Assembly: GCA_027021705.1 (NCBI GenBank)
Contig: JALUTT010000050.1
Coordinates: forward strand, 1 to 50,791
DNA: 50,791 nt
DNA from: Anaerolineae bacterium
GTDB taxonomy: Bacteria > Chloroflexota > Anaerolineae > S140-20
Direction: 5' to 3'
The position numbers and the translations under genes were made by a program. The notes under the pieces were generated by a model, which did not search any database, had not been told where the DNA came from, and saw only the letters and a program-made list of their open reading frames with translations. This document shows, in pieces, positions 30,530-40,100 of this stretch (position 1 is the stretch's first letter; each line of letters starts with the position of its first letter).

Positions 30530-31618
30530 TCACCGGTGGGCGTGGGGCTCATCGCGATCTCCGGTCAGGAGCCGGAAGGGCCAGACGGCCAGCCAGCGGT
30601 GCGGGTCGTAGAGCCGGTAGAGCAGGGCCATCCAGAGCACGAAGATGACGTTGGGCCAGTAGGCGACGGTCAGCCAGGAGGCCAGGTAGAGGGGCAGCCC
30701 CACAGCGGGGAAAGCCTGGTGCATCAGGTGAAACAGGTCGCGCCGGGGGCCGGCTGCTGACTCGTCGTAGGGGTCTACCCAGGTGCCGGCGCTGAGCGCC
30801 CGCCAGGCCCGCCCCAGGGTGAAGGGCAGCAGCGCCAGATAGCCGAGGAGGGGCGGCCAGGCGATGGCGAAGGCGTAACCGTCTAGGTAGACGGGGGGCA
30901 GGTCCACCAGGAGCAGGAGGAGAACTGCCCCCAGTCCCAACGTTTCCAATTCCAGGGCCAAGCCGTAGAGGCGGGCGATGGTCGTCCGACTCCGGCGGGC
31001 GGCGAAGGTGGTCGCCCCGGCCGCCACATCCCGGGCCCGGTCGCGCATCTGGTGGCCCACGTCGGAGCAGGTCCCCCGTAGGGCGATGTAGGCGATGAAG
31101 AGGAGCGCCCCCCAGCTCTGCAGGTGGCCGAGGGCGGCGAAGCCCATCGCCGCCGGCAAGGGTTGTTGGGCCAGGATGGTAGCGGTCAGGCCGATGGCCC
31201 CCCGTTCCTTCAGGCGCAGCGGGGGCAGCGAGTAGAAGGTCGCGGCCAGCATCCACAGGAGCCAGAGGGGGAGAAAGGCGGGACGACGGAGGAAGGGGAG
31301 GCCACCCAGCAGCATCAGCCCAAAGGCGAGGGCGATGACGCCGGCGGCCCACCGCCGGGAGGTGCCGTGGAAGACGTTGGGCTTTCCCGCCCGGCGGTCC
31401 AACTCTACGTCGGCGAAGTCGTTGACCAGGTAGCCGTAGGCGGTCCCGGCCAGGCTGAAGAGCAGGAAGAGCACCAGGTCGGTCACGTACCCCAAGTCCG
31501 TCCGGTCCTGAGCCAGGCCGACGTAGAAAAAGGCGGCCACGTTCTGCCAGACCGCGTTGTAGCGGATCAGGCCACCGTCGCGCCAGGTGAGCAGGGTTGT
31601 CCACCGCGTAGCGTGCAT
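30530..31618 (-). CDS. UbiA prenyltransferase family protein
   Basis: NDFADVELDR, YSLPPLRLKER, HQMRDRARD; multi-TM. Confidence 0.85.
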   Translation of the reverse strand: MHATRWTTLLTWRDGGLIRYNAVWQNVAAFFYVGLAQDRTDLGYVTDLVLFLLFSLAGTAYGYLVNDFADVELDRRAGKPNVFHGTSRRWAAGVIALAFGLMLLGGLPFLRRPAFLPLWLLWMLAATFYSLPPLRLKERGAIGLTATILAQQPLPAAMGFAALGHLQSWGALLFIAYIALRGTCSDVGHQMRDRARDVAAGATTFAARRSRTTIARLYGLALELETLGLGAVLLLLLVDLPPVYLDGYAFAIAWPPLLGYLALLPFTLGRAWRALSAGTWVDPYDESAAGPRRDLFHLMHQAFPAVGLPLYLASWLTVAYWPNVIFVLWMALLYRLYDPHRWLAVWPFRLLTGDRDEPHAHR

Positions 31619-31719
31619 TGGGGAGGACCTGGGAGGGCTTCCGGAGCTCGTGGGAACCATAGGAACGCGCAAGAACCGCAGGACGTGGGTGTGTATCCTC
31701 TCCCATCATGACACACGTT

Positions 31720-31841
31720 TGTTAACAGGGCGTCAGAGAAGTGTTAGGGTTTCGTTCGAATGAGGGTGGAAAGGGGGGCTTGGACGGGCTTGGTGGTTGT
31801 CTCTAAGGCCGTTCTGAGGTATCCTTAAGGGGTGTCTAAGG
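31720..31841. promoter_or_regulatory. Two sets of four 11-bp-phased direct repeats in a divergent intergenic region
   Basis: tgttaa, cgtcag, tgttag, cgttcg at 31720, 31731, 31742, 31753; tctaagg, tctgagg, cttaagg, tctaagg at 31802, 31813, 31824, 31835. Confidence 0.55.
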
Positions 31842-31883
31842 GAGGGTGTCCGCGGGGAGGCGTTTTCCTGAAGGGAGCAGGCG

Positions 31884-32540
31884 ATGCGGGAGCTTTTGAA
31901 GCAGTTGGCAACGAAGAAGGCCGAGTTGATCGCCCTGGGTGACGTGTTGCGGGATACAGAGGCTCAGTACGAGCGGGGCCTCCTGGACATAGGTCGTTAC
32001 ACCCAACTCCAGCAGCACTACCGCGCCCGGCGGTATGCTCTGATCGAGCAGGTGGGAACGTTGCTCACCGACGCCGGACTGGGAGCGTTGGCGGAGGTTC
32101 TGGAGAGCGTCGGCGAGCGGTCGTCGGAGGAGGTGGGGGCAGCCCTACAGACGTGGGCCGGCCGGGAGGCCCAGGCCGATCGCCTCTTGGAGCGGATTGC
32201 TGGAGATTGGGATGACCCGGCGGTCTTAATCATCTCTCTCGCCATCACGGTGCTGCGGGAGCAGGCCCAACCCTCTCCTCCGACCCAGGGCGAACCTCAG
32301 ATAGATCCCGGGGCGGAGCTGGAGGCGCAGATCCGTCAGGCCTATCAGATCGTTCGGGAGTACGAGCGGGAACTGAGCCTGACCTCGGATCCCCAGACGA
32401 AGGCTCGCTATCGCCGACGGATCGAGAAGCAGTGGGCGCTGGTGGACGACTGGTTGGATCAGTACAGGCGTCTGTGCGAGCGGTTGGGACGGCCTCCTGC
32501 TGAGGATATTCAGCAGATCATTGAGCTGCGGTGCCGGTGA
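31884..32540 (+). CDS. Hypothetical all-helical protein heading the signalling operon
   Basis: 218-aa ORF, RBS GGGAG, stop overlaps the next ATG (TGATG). Confidence 0.75.
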   Translation: MRELLKQLATKKAELIALGDVLRDTEAQYERGLLDIGRYTQLQQHYRARRYALIEQVGTLLTDAGLGALAEVLESVGERSSEEVGAALQTWAGREAQADRLLERIAGDWDDPAVLIISLAITVLREQAQPSPPTQGEPQIDPGAELEAQIRQAYQIVREYERELSLTSDPQTKARYRRRIEKQWALVDDWLDQYRRLCERLGRPPAEDIQQIIELRCR

Positions 32541-34429
32541 TGGCGATGGACCATTCATCCCCACGTCCCAAGGTGCTGTGCATTGACGATACGCCGGAGG
32601 TCTGCCTGCTGGTGCGGCGGCTGCTCTCCAGCCACTTTCAGGTGCTGGAAGCCCACGATGGTCTGGAGGGGATCGAGGTGGCCCAGGAGGCTCAACCGGA
32701 TCTGGTGCTGGTGGACTTGCACATGCCCCACCTCACCGGCTACGAGGTGGCCACTCGCCTCAAGTCTCTGATGCCCCACGTCCCCATCGTGGCCCTGACC
32801 GCTGATACGACCCCTAACGTGCGCGAGCGGGCCTTGGCCTCAGGCTGTGACGGCTACCTGGCCAAGCCCATTGACCCGGACCGGTTCCTGGATCAGGTGC
32901 GCACCTACCTGGCCGGTGAACGGGAGGAGTTGGAGGACGAGAGCTACCGCCAGGCTTACCTGGAGACGCTGGTGGCCCGGCTGGAGGAGAAGGTCCGCGA
33001 ACTGACGCAGACCTTGGAGCAGAACGCCGAACTGAACGAGCAGAACCTCCGGCTGCTGAAGCAGACCCGTCGCTACGCCCGGCTGCTGGAGGCCGGTGCC
33101 CGGGTGAGCCGCACCATCACGGCCATCCTGGACCTGGAGGCGCTGCTTCAGGCCACCGTGGAGGCCGTGGGCCGGGAGTTCGGTTTCCCCCTGGTGGGCA
33201 TCTTCCTCCTGGATGAGACGGGAGAGTGGGCGGTGTTACGGGCGGGCCGCGGGGGGAGCGGGGTGCTTGGTGGCGACGGGGGAGAGAGGGTCGGGGTGGA
33301 TGGGACCACGATGGTTGGCATGGCCATCCTGCAGCGCCGTCCGATCACGCCGGCGGATGTGGAGCCGGAGGCCTCCCTCCGAGGTAGGCCCCAGGCTGGG
33401 ATGGCCCTGCCGTTGATCGTGGGGGACAGGGTGATTGGGGCTCTGACGGTGCAGAGGGTGGGGCCGGCAGCCTTTGGCAACGAGGACGTGGCTGCTCTTC
33501 AGATCGTGGCCGACCAATTGGCCGTCTCTATCGGCAACGCGCGGCTGCTCAAGGACCTGGAGCGGGCTCACCAGGAGCTGATGCGGGCCAGAACCTACGA
33601 GGCCATCGCCACGGCCACCGGCGAGGCGATCCACTGGGTGGGCAACAAGGCGGCGCCCATCCCCGGCAGCGTGGCCCGCATCGGCGAGGACCTGGCCCGC
33701 TATCTGCACCTGGCGGGTGCGCTGCTGGAAGTGGTCCCCCCCATGCTGCGGGAGCATCCTTTCGCTCAACTGTTGGCGGAGGCGGTCGAGGAGCTGGAGG
33801 CCTTGGGCTTCCACCGGGAAGCGGTCTTGGAAGGGCTGGAAGGCCGCTCCCTGGCCCGGCTGCGCAGGATGTTGAGCGTTTCGTCCATCTTCGAGGACCT
33901 GGAGATCATCGAAAAGAGTGCTCAGGCGATCCTGAACATCAAAGAGGATCTCATCGGGCCGGCCCGTCGGCGCAAACCCGAGCCCCTCTCCCTGCCCGAC
34001 CTGCTGCGGGAGACGGTGGCCTCGATGGGCATCCCCGATGAGATTGTGCAGACCCGCTTCGCCGATGATCTGCCTTTGGTACAGGGGGATCGGATCCAAC
34101 TGAGCCGAGTCTTCGTCAACCTGATCAAGAATGCCATGGAGGCGATGGAGGGGCGGGAGGAGAAGCGGCTTCTCCTCTGGGCGCGGCCGGCGGAGGAGCC
34201 GGGCTTCGTGGTGGTGGACGTGGTGGACAGCGGTGTCGGTATCCCCGCCGAGCAACTGGACAAGATCTGGATGGCCTTCTACACAACCAAGGGGGACCGG
34301 GGTGGGACCGGGTTGGGGCTTCCTGCCTGTGCCCAAATCGTCAACCAGATGGGCGGGCGGATCACCGTCCAGAGCGAGGTCGGCGTGGGCACCACCTTCA
34401 GCGTCTTCCTGCCTGTCGCGACGTCGTAG
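32540..34429 (+). CDS. Hybrid kinase REC-GAF-HisK-HATPase
   Basis: LCIDD, LVDLHMP, YLAKP; GAF; AIHWVGNK; NLIKNAMEAM, DSGVGI, FYTTKG, GTGLGL. Confidence 0.92.
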   Translation: MAMDHSSPRPKVLCIDDTPEVCLLVRRLLSSHFQVLEAHDGLEGIEVAQEAQPDLVLVDLHMPHLTGYEVATRLKSLMPHVPIVALTADTTPNVRERALASGCDGYLAKPIDPDRFLDQVRTYLAGEREELEDESYRQAYLETLVARLEEKVRELTQTLEQNAELNEQNLRLLKQTRRYARLLEAGARVSRTITAILDLEALLQATVEAVGREFGFPLVGIFLLDETGEWAVLRAGRGGSGVLGGDGGERVGVDGTTMVGMAILQRRPITPADVEPEASLRGRPQAGMALPLIVGDRVIGALTVQRVGPAAFGNEDVAALQIVADQLAVSIGNARLLKDLERAHQELMRARTYEAIATATGEAIHWVGNKAAPIPGSVARIGEDLARYLHLAGALLEVVPPMLREHPFAQLLAEAVEELEALGFHREAVLEGLEGRSLARLRRMLSVSSIFEDLEIIEKSAQAILNIKEDLIGPARRRKPEPLSLPDLLRETVASMGIPDEIVQTRFADDLPLVQGDRIQLSRVFVNLIKNAMEAMEGREEKRLLLWARPAEEPGFVVVDVVDSGVGIPAEQLDKIWMAFYTTKGDRGGTGLGLPACAQIVNQMGGRITVQSEVGVGTTFSVFLPVATS

Positions 34430-34510
34430 ACGGGCGGTTTTTCAGGCGGATTGAGCAGATCGGCAACACGCTCTCCTGAGCGACAACCTTGCTATGGAAA
34501 GGACCTGCCT

Positions 34511-34912
34511 ATGAACGACGAAGTCCGAATCTTGCTGGTAGACGACGAGCCGTTGGTCCTGCGCAGTATGGAGAAGACCTTGCTACGGGCTGGCTTCGAT
34601 GTGGAGACGGCGGACAGCGCCGGCGCTGGCCTGGCGGCTTTCGAGGCCGCCCGGGATGCCGGAGAGCCGTTCCACCTGGCCATCCTGGACCTGCATATGC
34701 CGGACCTAGAGGGCCAAGATTCCCCTGATGCGGGCCTGGAGCTGCTGCGGGTGTTGCTCCAAGCCGACACCGATCTCCCCATCATCGTCCTCACCGCCTA
34801 CGACGAGGTCGGACGGGCCAAGGAAGCCATCAGGCTGGGAGCCAGGGCCTACCTGGTCAAGGGGCGCGAGGCAGAATTGCTTGAGCTGGTCAACGAAGTC
34901 ATCAATCCCTGA
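34511..34912 (+). CDS. Single-domain response regulator
   Basis: ILLVDDE, ILDLHMP, IIVLTAY, YLVKG. Confidence 0.92.
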   Translation: MNDEVRILLVDDEPLVLRSMEKTLLRAGFDVETADSAGAGLAAFEAARDAGEPFHLAILDLHMPDLEGQDSPDAGLELLRVLLQADTDLPIIVLTAYDEVGRAKEAIRLGARAYLVKGREAELLELVNEVINP

Positions 34913-34934
34913 ACCCTGGATGAAGGAGTGGGCG

Positions 34935-37067
34935 ATGTCCAACAATGTATCGCTGGCAGAACGTCGTGCTATGTTGCTCCAGGCGGGAGCCGAGGTAAGC
35001 CGCAAGGTTGCCTCTATCCTGGACCCCGATCGGCTTTTGAACGAGGTGGTAGACATCATCTGTGATGAGTTCGGCTTCTACTACGCCGGAGTTTTCCTGT
35101 TGGACGAGGCGGGGGAGTGGGCCGTGCTGCGGGCCGGTCGTGGTGAGGCGGGGGCGGCGATGATTGCCGAGGGGCACAAGCTGAAGGTGGGAGGCCACTC
35201 GATGATCGGGACGGCCATTGCGGAGCGGAAGGCGCGGATCGCGTTGGATGTGGGGGAGGAGCCGGTACACTTCAAGAACCCCCATCTGCCCGACACCCGA
35301 TCGGAGATGGCGCTGCCTCTGATGGTGGGGGAGGAGGTGCTGGGGGCGCTGACGGTGCAGAGCACCGAGGAGGCGGCCTTCAGCGATGAGGACATCACCA
35401 GCCTCCAGGCAATGGCCGACCAACTGGCCATCGCACTGCGCAATGCCCAACTCTACGCCCAGAACCAGCGGCTCCTGGCCCAGACTGAGCGACGAGCCCG
35501 CCTGCTGGCAGCCGCGGCCCAGGTGGGCCGGGATGTGACCTCGATCCTGGACCTGGACGAACTGCTCAACCGGGCGGTAGACATCATCTGCGATGCCTAC
35601 GGCTTCTACTATGCCGGAGTTTTCCTGTTGGACGAGGCGGGGGAGTGGGCTGTACTACGGGCCGGTCGTGGTGAGGCGGGGGCGGCGATGATTGCCGAGG
35701 GGCACAAGCTGAAGGTGGGAGGCCACTCGATGATCGGGACGGCCATTGCGGAGCGGAAGGCGCGGATCGCGTTGGATGTGGGGGAGGAGCCGGTACACTT
35801 CAAGAACCCCCATCTGCCCGACACCCGATCGGAGATGGCGCTGCCCCTGATGGTGGGGGAGGAGGTGCTGGGGGCGCTGACGGTGCAGAGCACCGAGGAG
35901 GCGGCCTTCAGCGATGAGGACATCACCAGCCTCCAGGCAATGGCCGACCAACTGGCCGTGGCCATCAACAACGCCCGGCTGCTCAAGGAGCTGGAAGCGG
36001 CCCACGCCGAACTGGTGCGCACCCGGACCTTCGAGGCGATCGCGATGGTGACCACCGAGGCGATCCACTGGGTGGGCAACAAGGCGTCGCCCATCCTGGT
36101 CAGCGTCGAGCGGCTGCGGGAGGACCTAGAGCGCCTTCCCCAGGCCGACCGGGACCTCCTGGACTCGATGCGCGAGGACCTGGCGCTGATCGAAGAGAGC
36201 GCTCGGCTGATCTTCTCCGTCCAGGAGCATCTGATCGGGCCGGTGCGCGAGGAGAAGCCCCGCCCGGCGATGGTGGAGGATGTGGTCCGGGACGCGGCGG
36301 TGGCGCTGGGCATCCCGGAGTCGGTGGTCCGCTATCGGATCGCCCCGCTCCTGCCTTTGGGCCGGGCCGATACGACCCAACTGCGCCGGGCCTTCGGCTA
36401 CGTGTTGATCAACGCCCTGGAGGCGATGGCGGGGCAAGAAACGCAGGAGATCTTCATCGAGGTTGCCCCGACCGACGATGGTCGCTTCGTTACCGTCCGC
36501 ATTGCCGATTCCGGCCCCGGCATTCCCGAGGAGGCGATGGACAAGATCTGGACCGCCTTCTACACCACCAAGGAGCCGAAGCACGCCGGCCTGGGGCTTT
36601 CGGCTTGTCTGCAGATCCTCAAGCAGATTGACGGGCGGGTTTCGGCGGCCAACCGTCCTGAGGGCGGGGCGGTCATCGAGATCCAAGTCCCCGTCTTCGA
36701 TGGAGACCTTCCCAAGGCCGAACTCCCGACGGGCAAGTCGGTGCTGCTGGTGGACGACGCTGATCCCTGGAGCCGCTTCGTCGAGAGGACCCTGACCGCT
36801 GCCGGCAATCGGGTGGTCCGCTCCACCGACGTCGTGGAAGACCCTGGTCGCTTTGACCTGATCTTGGTGGACGACGTGCTGGAGGGGGGGGACAGTCTGG
36901 CCGTGCTCCAGAAGCTGCGGGAAGCAGGGGTGGGGGACAGGACCATCGTGGTCTCCTCCGGCCTGCGGGTGGAGCGGACGACGACGCTGTTGCAGCAGGG
37001 TGTGCGGGACGTCCTCCTCAAGCCCTACACGCCGGACGGGCTGGCGGCCCTGCTGACCAATCCGTAG
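34935..37067 (+). CDS. Hybrid kinase GAF-GAF-HisK-HATPase-REC
   Basis: Two nearly identical GAF domains; AIHWVGNK; DSGPGI, FYTTK, AGLGL; C-terminal LLVDD...LLKPY; RBS AAGGAG. Confidence 0.92.
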   Translation: MSNNVSLAERRAMLLQAGAEVSRKVASILDPDRLLNEVVDIICDEFGFYYAGVFLLDEAGEWAVLRAGRGEAGAAMIAEGHKLKVGGHSMIGTAIAERKARIALDVGEEPVHFKNPHLPDTRSEMALPLMVGEEVLGALTVQSTEEAAFSDEDITSLQAMADQLAIALRNAQLYAQNQRLLAQTERRARLLAAAAQVGRDVTSILDLDELLNRAVDIICDAYGFYYAGVFLLDEAGEWAVLRAGRGEAGAAMIAEGHKLKVGGHSMIGTAIAERKARIALDVGEEPVHFKNPHLPDTRSEMALPLMVGEEVLGALTVQSTEEAAFSDEDITSLQAMADQLAVAINNARLLKELEAAHAELVRTRTFEAIAMVTTEAIHWVGNKASPILVSVERLREDLERLPQADRDLLDSMREDLALIEESARLIFSVQEHLIGPVREEKPRPAMVEDVVRDAAVALGIPESVVRYRIAPLLPLGRADTTQLRRAFGYVLINALEAMAGQETQEIFIEVAPTDDGRFVTVRIADSGPGIPEEAMDKIWTAFYTTKEPKHAGLGLSACLQILKQIDGRVSAANRPEGGAVIEIQVPVFDGDLPKAELPTGKSVLLVDDADPWSRFVERTLTAAGNRVVRSTDVVEDPGRFDLILVDDVLEGGDSLAVLQKLREAGVGDRTIVVSSGLRVERTTTLLQQGVRDVLLKPYTPDGLAALLTNP
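35050..35957 (+). repeat. Intragenic direct duplication of the GAF coding region, offset 528 bp
   Basis: 35130-35429 matches 35658-35957 with one mismatch seen by eye. Confidence 0.9.
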
Positions 37068-37100
37068 CGTCGGGTTAGGAGCGTTCAGGACGGGGGAGCG

Positions 37101-40100
37101 TTGGGGGGAAGAGACCTTCCTAAGGGGCTGGAGAGGCTGGTGCTGGCAGGGCTGGTGCTCGCCTTGTTGGCACCGGTTCTGGTCCGGCCCAATGGCTATC
37201 TCTACATCCCCCAAGCTCCCTACTCAGACCTGACGGTCACCCACTGGCCCAACGCGCTCTTCTTGCGGCGAGCGCTGGTTGAGGCCGGTCAGCTCCCCTT
37301 CTGGCGGCCCACGGTGATGGGGGGGACGCCCTTCCTGGCCAATCCGGTGAGCGGGCTTTTCTACCCGCCTCTGTGGCTGCCGGTGTTGCTTCCCCCCGCC
37401 CTGGGCTTCAACCTGCTGGCCCTGGGCCACCTGCTTCTGGCTGGTCTGGCCGCTTACGCGCTCCTGCGCCGGGGGTGGCGCCTGGGGCGGATGGGGGCGC
37501 TGGTGGGGGGGCTCGTCTACGGGGCCTCCCCCAAGCTGCTGGCCCATCTGGGCGCCGGTCACGTCGGCTGGGTCGGGGCCTGGGCCTGGGCTCCCCTCGT
37601 CCTGTTGGCCGTCATCCGGGCTGCGGCCTCGCACCGCCGGACGGCGGCGGTGCGGGCGGGAGCGCTGCTGGGCCTCGTCTTCCTGGCCGATCTTCGCCTC
37701 ACCGTCTACCTGACCATCGCTGCCCTGACCCTATGGGTCGCTGAGGCGGTGAGGCGGCGGGCCGACGGCTCCTCGCGCCGGTGGGCCCACGGCCTGGGGA
37801 TTGCCCTTTTCCTCCTCACGGCGGCCCTCCTCACGGCGGTCCAGTGGCTCCCGCTTCTGGCCGTCCTGGGGGAGACGACCCGCAGCGGGCTGACGCCAGC
37901 CGAAGCAGCCCGTTTCTCCCTTCCTCCGGCTCGTCTCCTCGGCCTCCTGGTGGCCGGCTCCGGGGGAAACCACGAGTGGGTCATCTACCTGGGGCTCCCC
38001 ACGCTTCCTTTGGCCGCTCTGGGGCTCTGGGCAGGCCGCCGGCGGGGCGAGAAAGCCCGCTGGGATTGGGCAGTGGGGATGGCCGCGGTCGGGGGACTCC
38101 TCGCCCTGGGCAGCTACACCCCTCTCTTCCCCCTGCTGCTCCGGTTGGTGCCGGGCTTTTCCCTGCTGCGGGTGCCGGCCCGGGGGTGGTTCCTCGTCGT
38201 CCTGGGCGTGGCCCTGCTGGCGGGTTGGGGAGCCGATGCTCTGGCCTCGGGCGAGGCGGCCCGGCTTCCCCGACGAATCCGCTCCGGGCTCAACCTGGCG
38301 ATGGTTGGCTTCGGCGGCCTGACCCTCTTCCTGGCGGTGGGAGCCGGGTTGGTGAGCGGAGCGCTTCCGACCAACCTGTTGGCCCTCGCCTTCCTGGGAC
38401 CGCTGACGGCTGGCTTGCTGATAGTCGCTTGGCGACCGGAGACCCGTTTCCCCGCCACACCCCTCCTGATTCTCCTCCTGGTCGTTGACCTCTGGATCAT
38501 GGGCCACCGCCTCGTCGAGGTCCGTTCGGAGGCTCAGGTCTTCGCCGCTGGTGCGCAGGCGGCCGACTGGCTGGCCGCCCAGCCCGGCCCCTTCCGCGTC
38601 TACTCCCCCAGCTACAGCCTGCCCCAGCACGTGGTCGTCCGGGCTGGCCTTTCGCTGGCCGATGGGGTAGACCCCTTCCAGTTGACCCGCTACGTCCGCC
38701 TGATGGAGCGGGCCGGCGGGTACGGTCCCTCTGGCTACAGCGTCACCATCCCCCCCTTTCCCGAAGGGACCGAGGTGACGACAGCTCACCGAGAGACGGT
38801 ACCCGACGCCCGGCTGCTGGGTGTGCTCAACGTCCGCTACCTGGCTGCTGCCTTTCCCATCCGAGGGGAGGGGCTGCGGGCGGTCGGCCCGCCGTTGGAT
38901 GGTGTCTACCTCTACGAGAACGTGTGGGCGCTCCCCCGGGCCTTCGTCGTCGGGCGGGTGACGTCGGTGGACTCCCTAGAGGAGGCGCTGGCCTGGCTGG
39001 ACGATCACGATCCAGCTCGGGAAGCGGTTGTGGAGGGCGGACCGGCACGGGAAGGGCCGCCGGGAGTGCGGGCGGCCACACTCTTGCGCTTCACCCCCAA
39101 CCGGGTCGTCGTCGAGGCCGTCGGCCCCGGCCTCCTGGTCCTGGCCGATCCCTGGTCGGCCGGCTGGCGAGCGACGGTAGGTGGCGAGCCGGTTCCTGTC
39201 TACCCCACCGATGCGGCCTTGCGGGGGGTCTACCTGCCGCCTGGTTCACATCGGGTGGTCTTCACCTACAGGCCCCCCGGCCTCTTCCCCGGCTTGGCGC
39301 TTTCCCTCCTGGCCCTTCTTTTGGTCGCGTGGTCAGGTGGTCGGGTGGTCGGGTGGTCGGGTGGTCACGTGGTCGCTTGGTCAGGTGGTCGTTTGGTCGC
39401 TTGGTCCTTGTTCCTTGCCCCTTGCCCCTTGCCCCTTGCCTCTCGGTCCTCAGTCCTCAGTCCGTGGTCGGCGGTCGGTGGTCGGCGGTCGGCCACCCCC
39501 TCGGTGCCTCATCCCTCAGTGCCTCATCCCTCCGCGTCTCCCCCCCCAGCGCCCCATCCCTCCGAACAACGCTGGCTTGCCCTCTGGATCATTGTGGCCC
39601 TGCTCCTTACCAGCCTCCCTTACCTGCTGGGCTGGGCCCTTAGCGGGCCGGATATGGTCTTCGACGGCTTCGTCTTCAACATCGAGGATATGCACGCCTA
39701 CCTCTCCCGAATGGGGCAGGGGGCACGGGGGGCTTGGCTTGTCCGGATCGCCTACACGCCGGAGCCCCATCAGGGGGTGCTTCTCTTCCTGTTCTACGTG
39801 CTCCTGGGGAAGGTGGCTGCCGGGACAGGGCTTTCCTTGGTTGCGGTCTTTCACCTGGCCCGGCTGATCTGCGGGGCGTTGATGCTGGGAGTGACCTATC
39901 GTTTCCTGGCCGCGCTGACCGGGTCCATCGCGGTGCGTCGTCTGGCGTTTTTGCTGATCACCTTCGGCGGAGGGCTGGGCTGGCTGCTGATCCTGGCGGG
40001 GCGGGGGGAGTGGCTGGGCAGCCTGCCCCTAGACATGCTGCTGCCAGAGGGGTTTGCTTTCCTCACCCTCTACGCGCTACCTCACCTGGCGATGGCGCGG

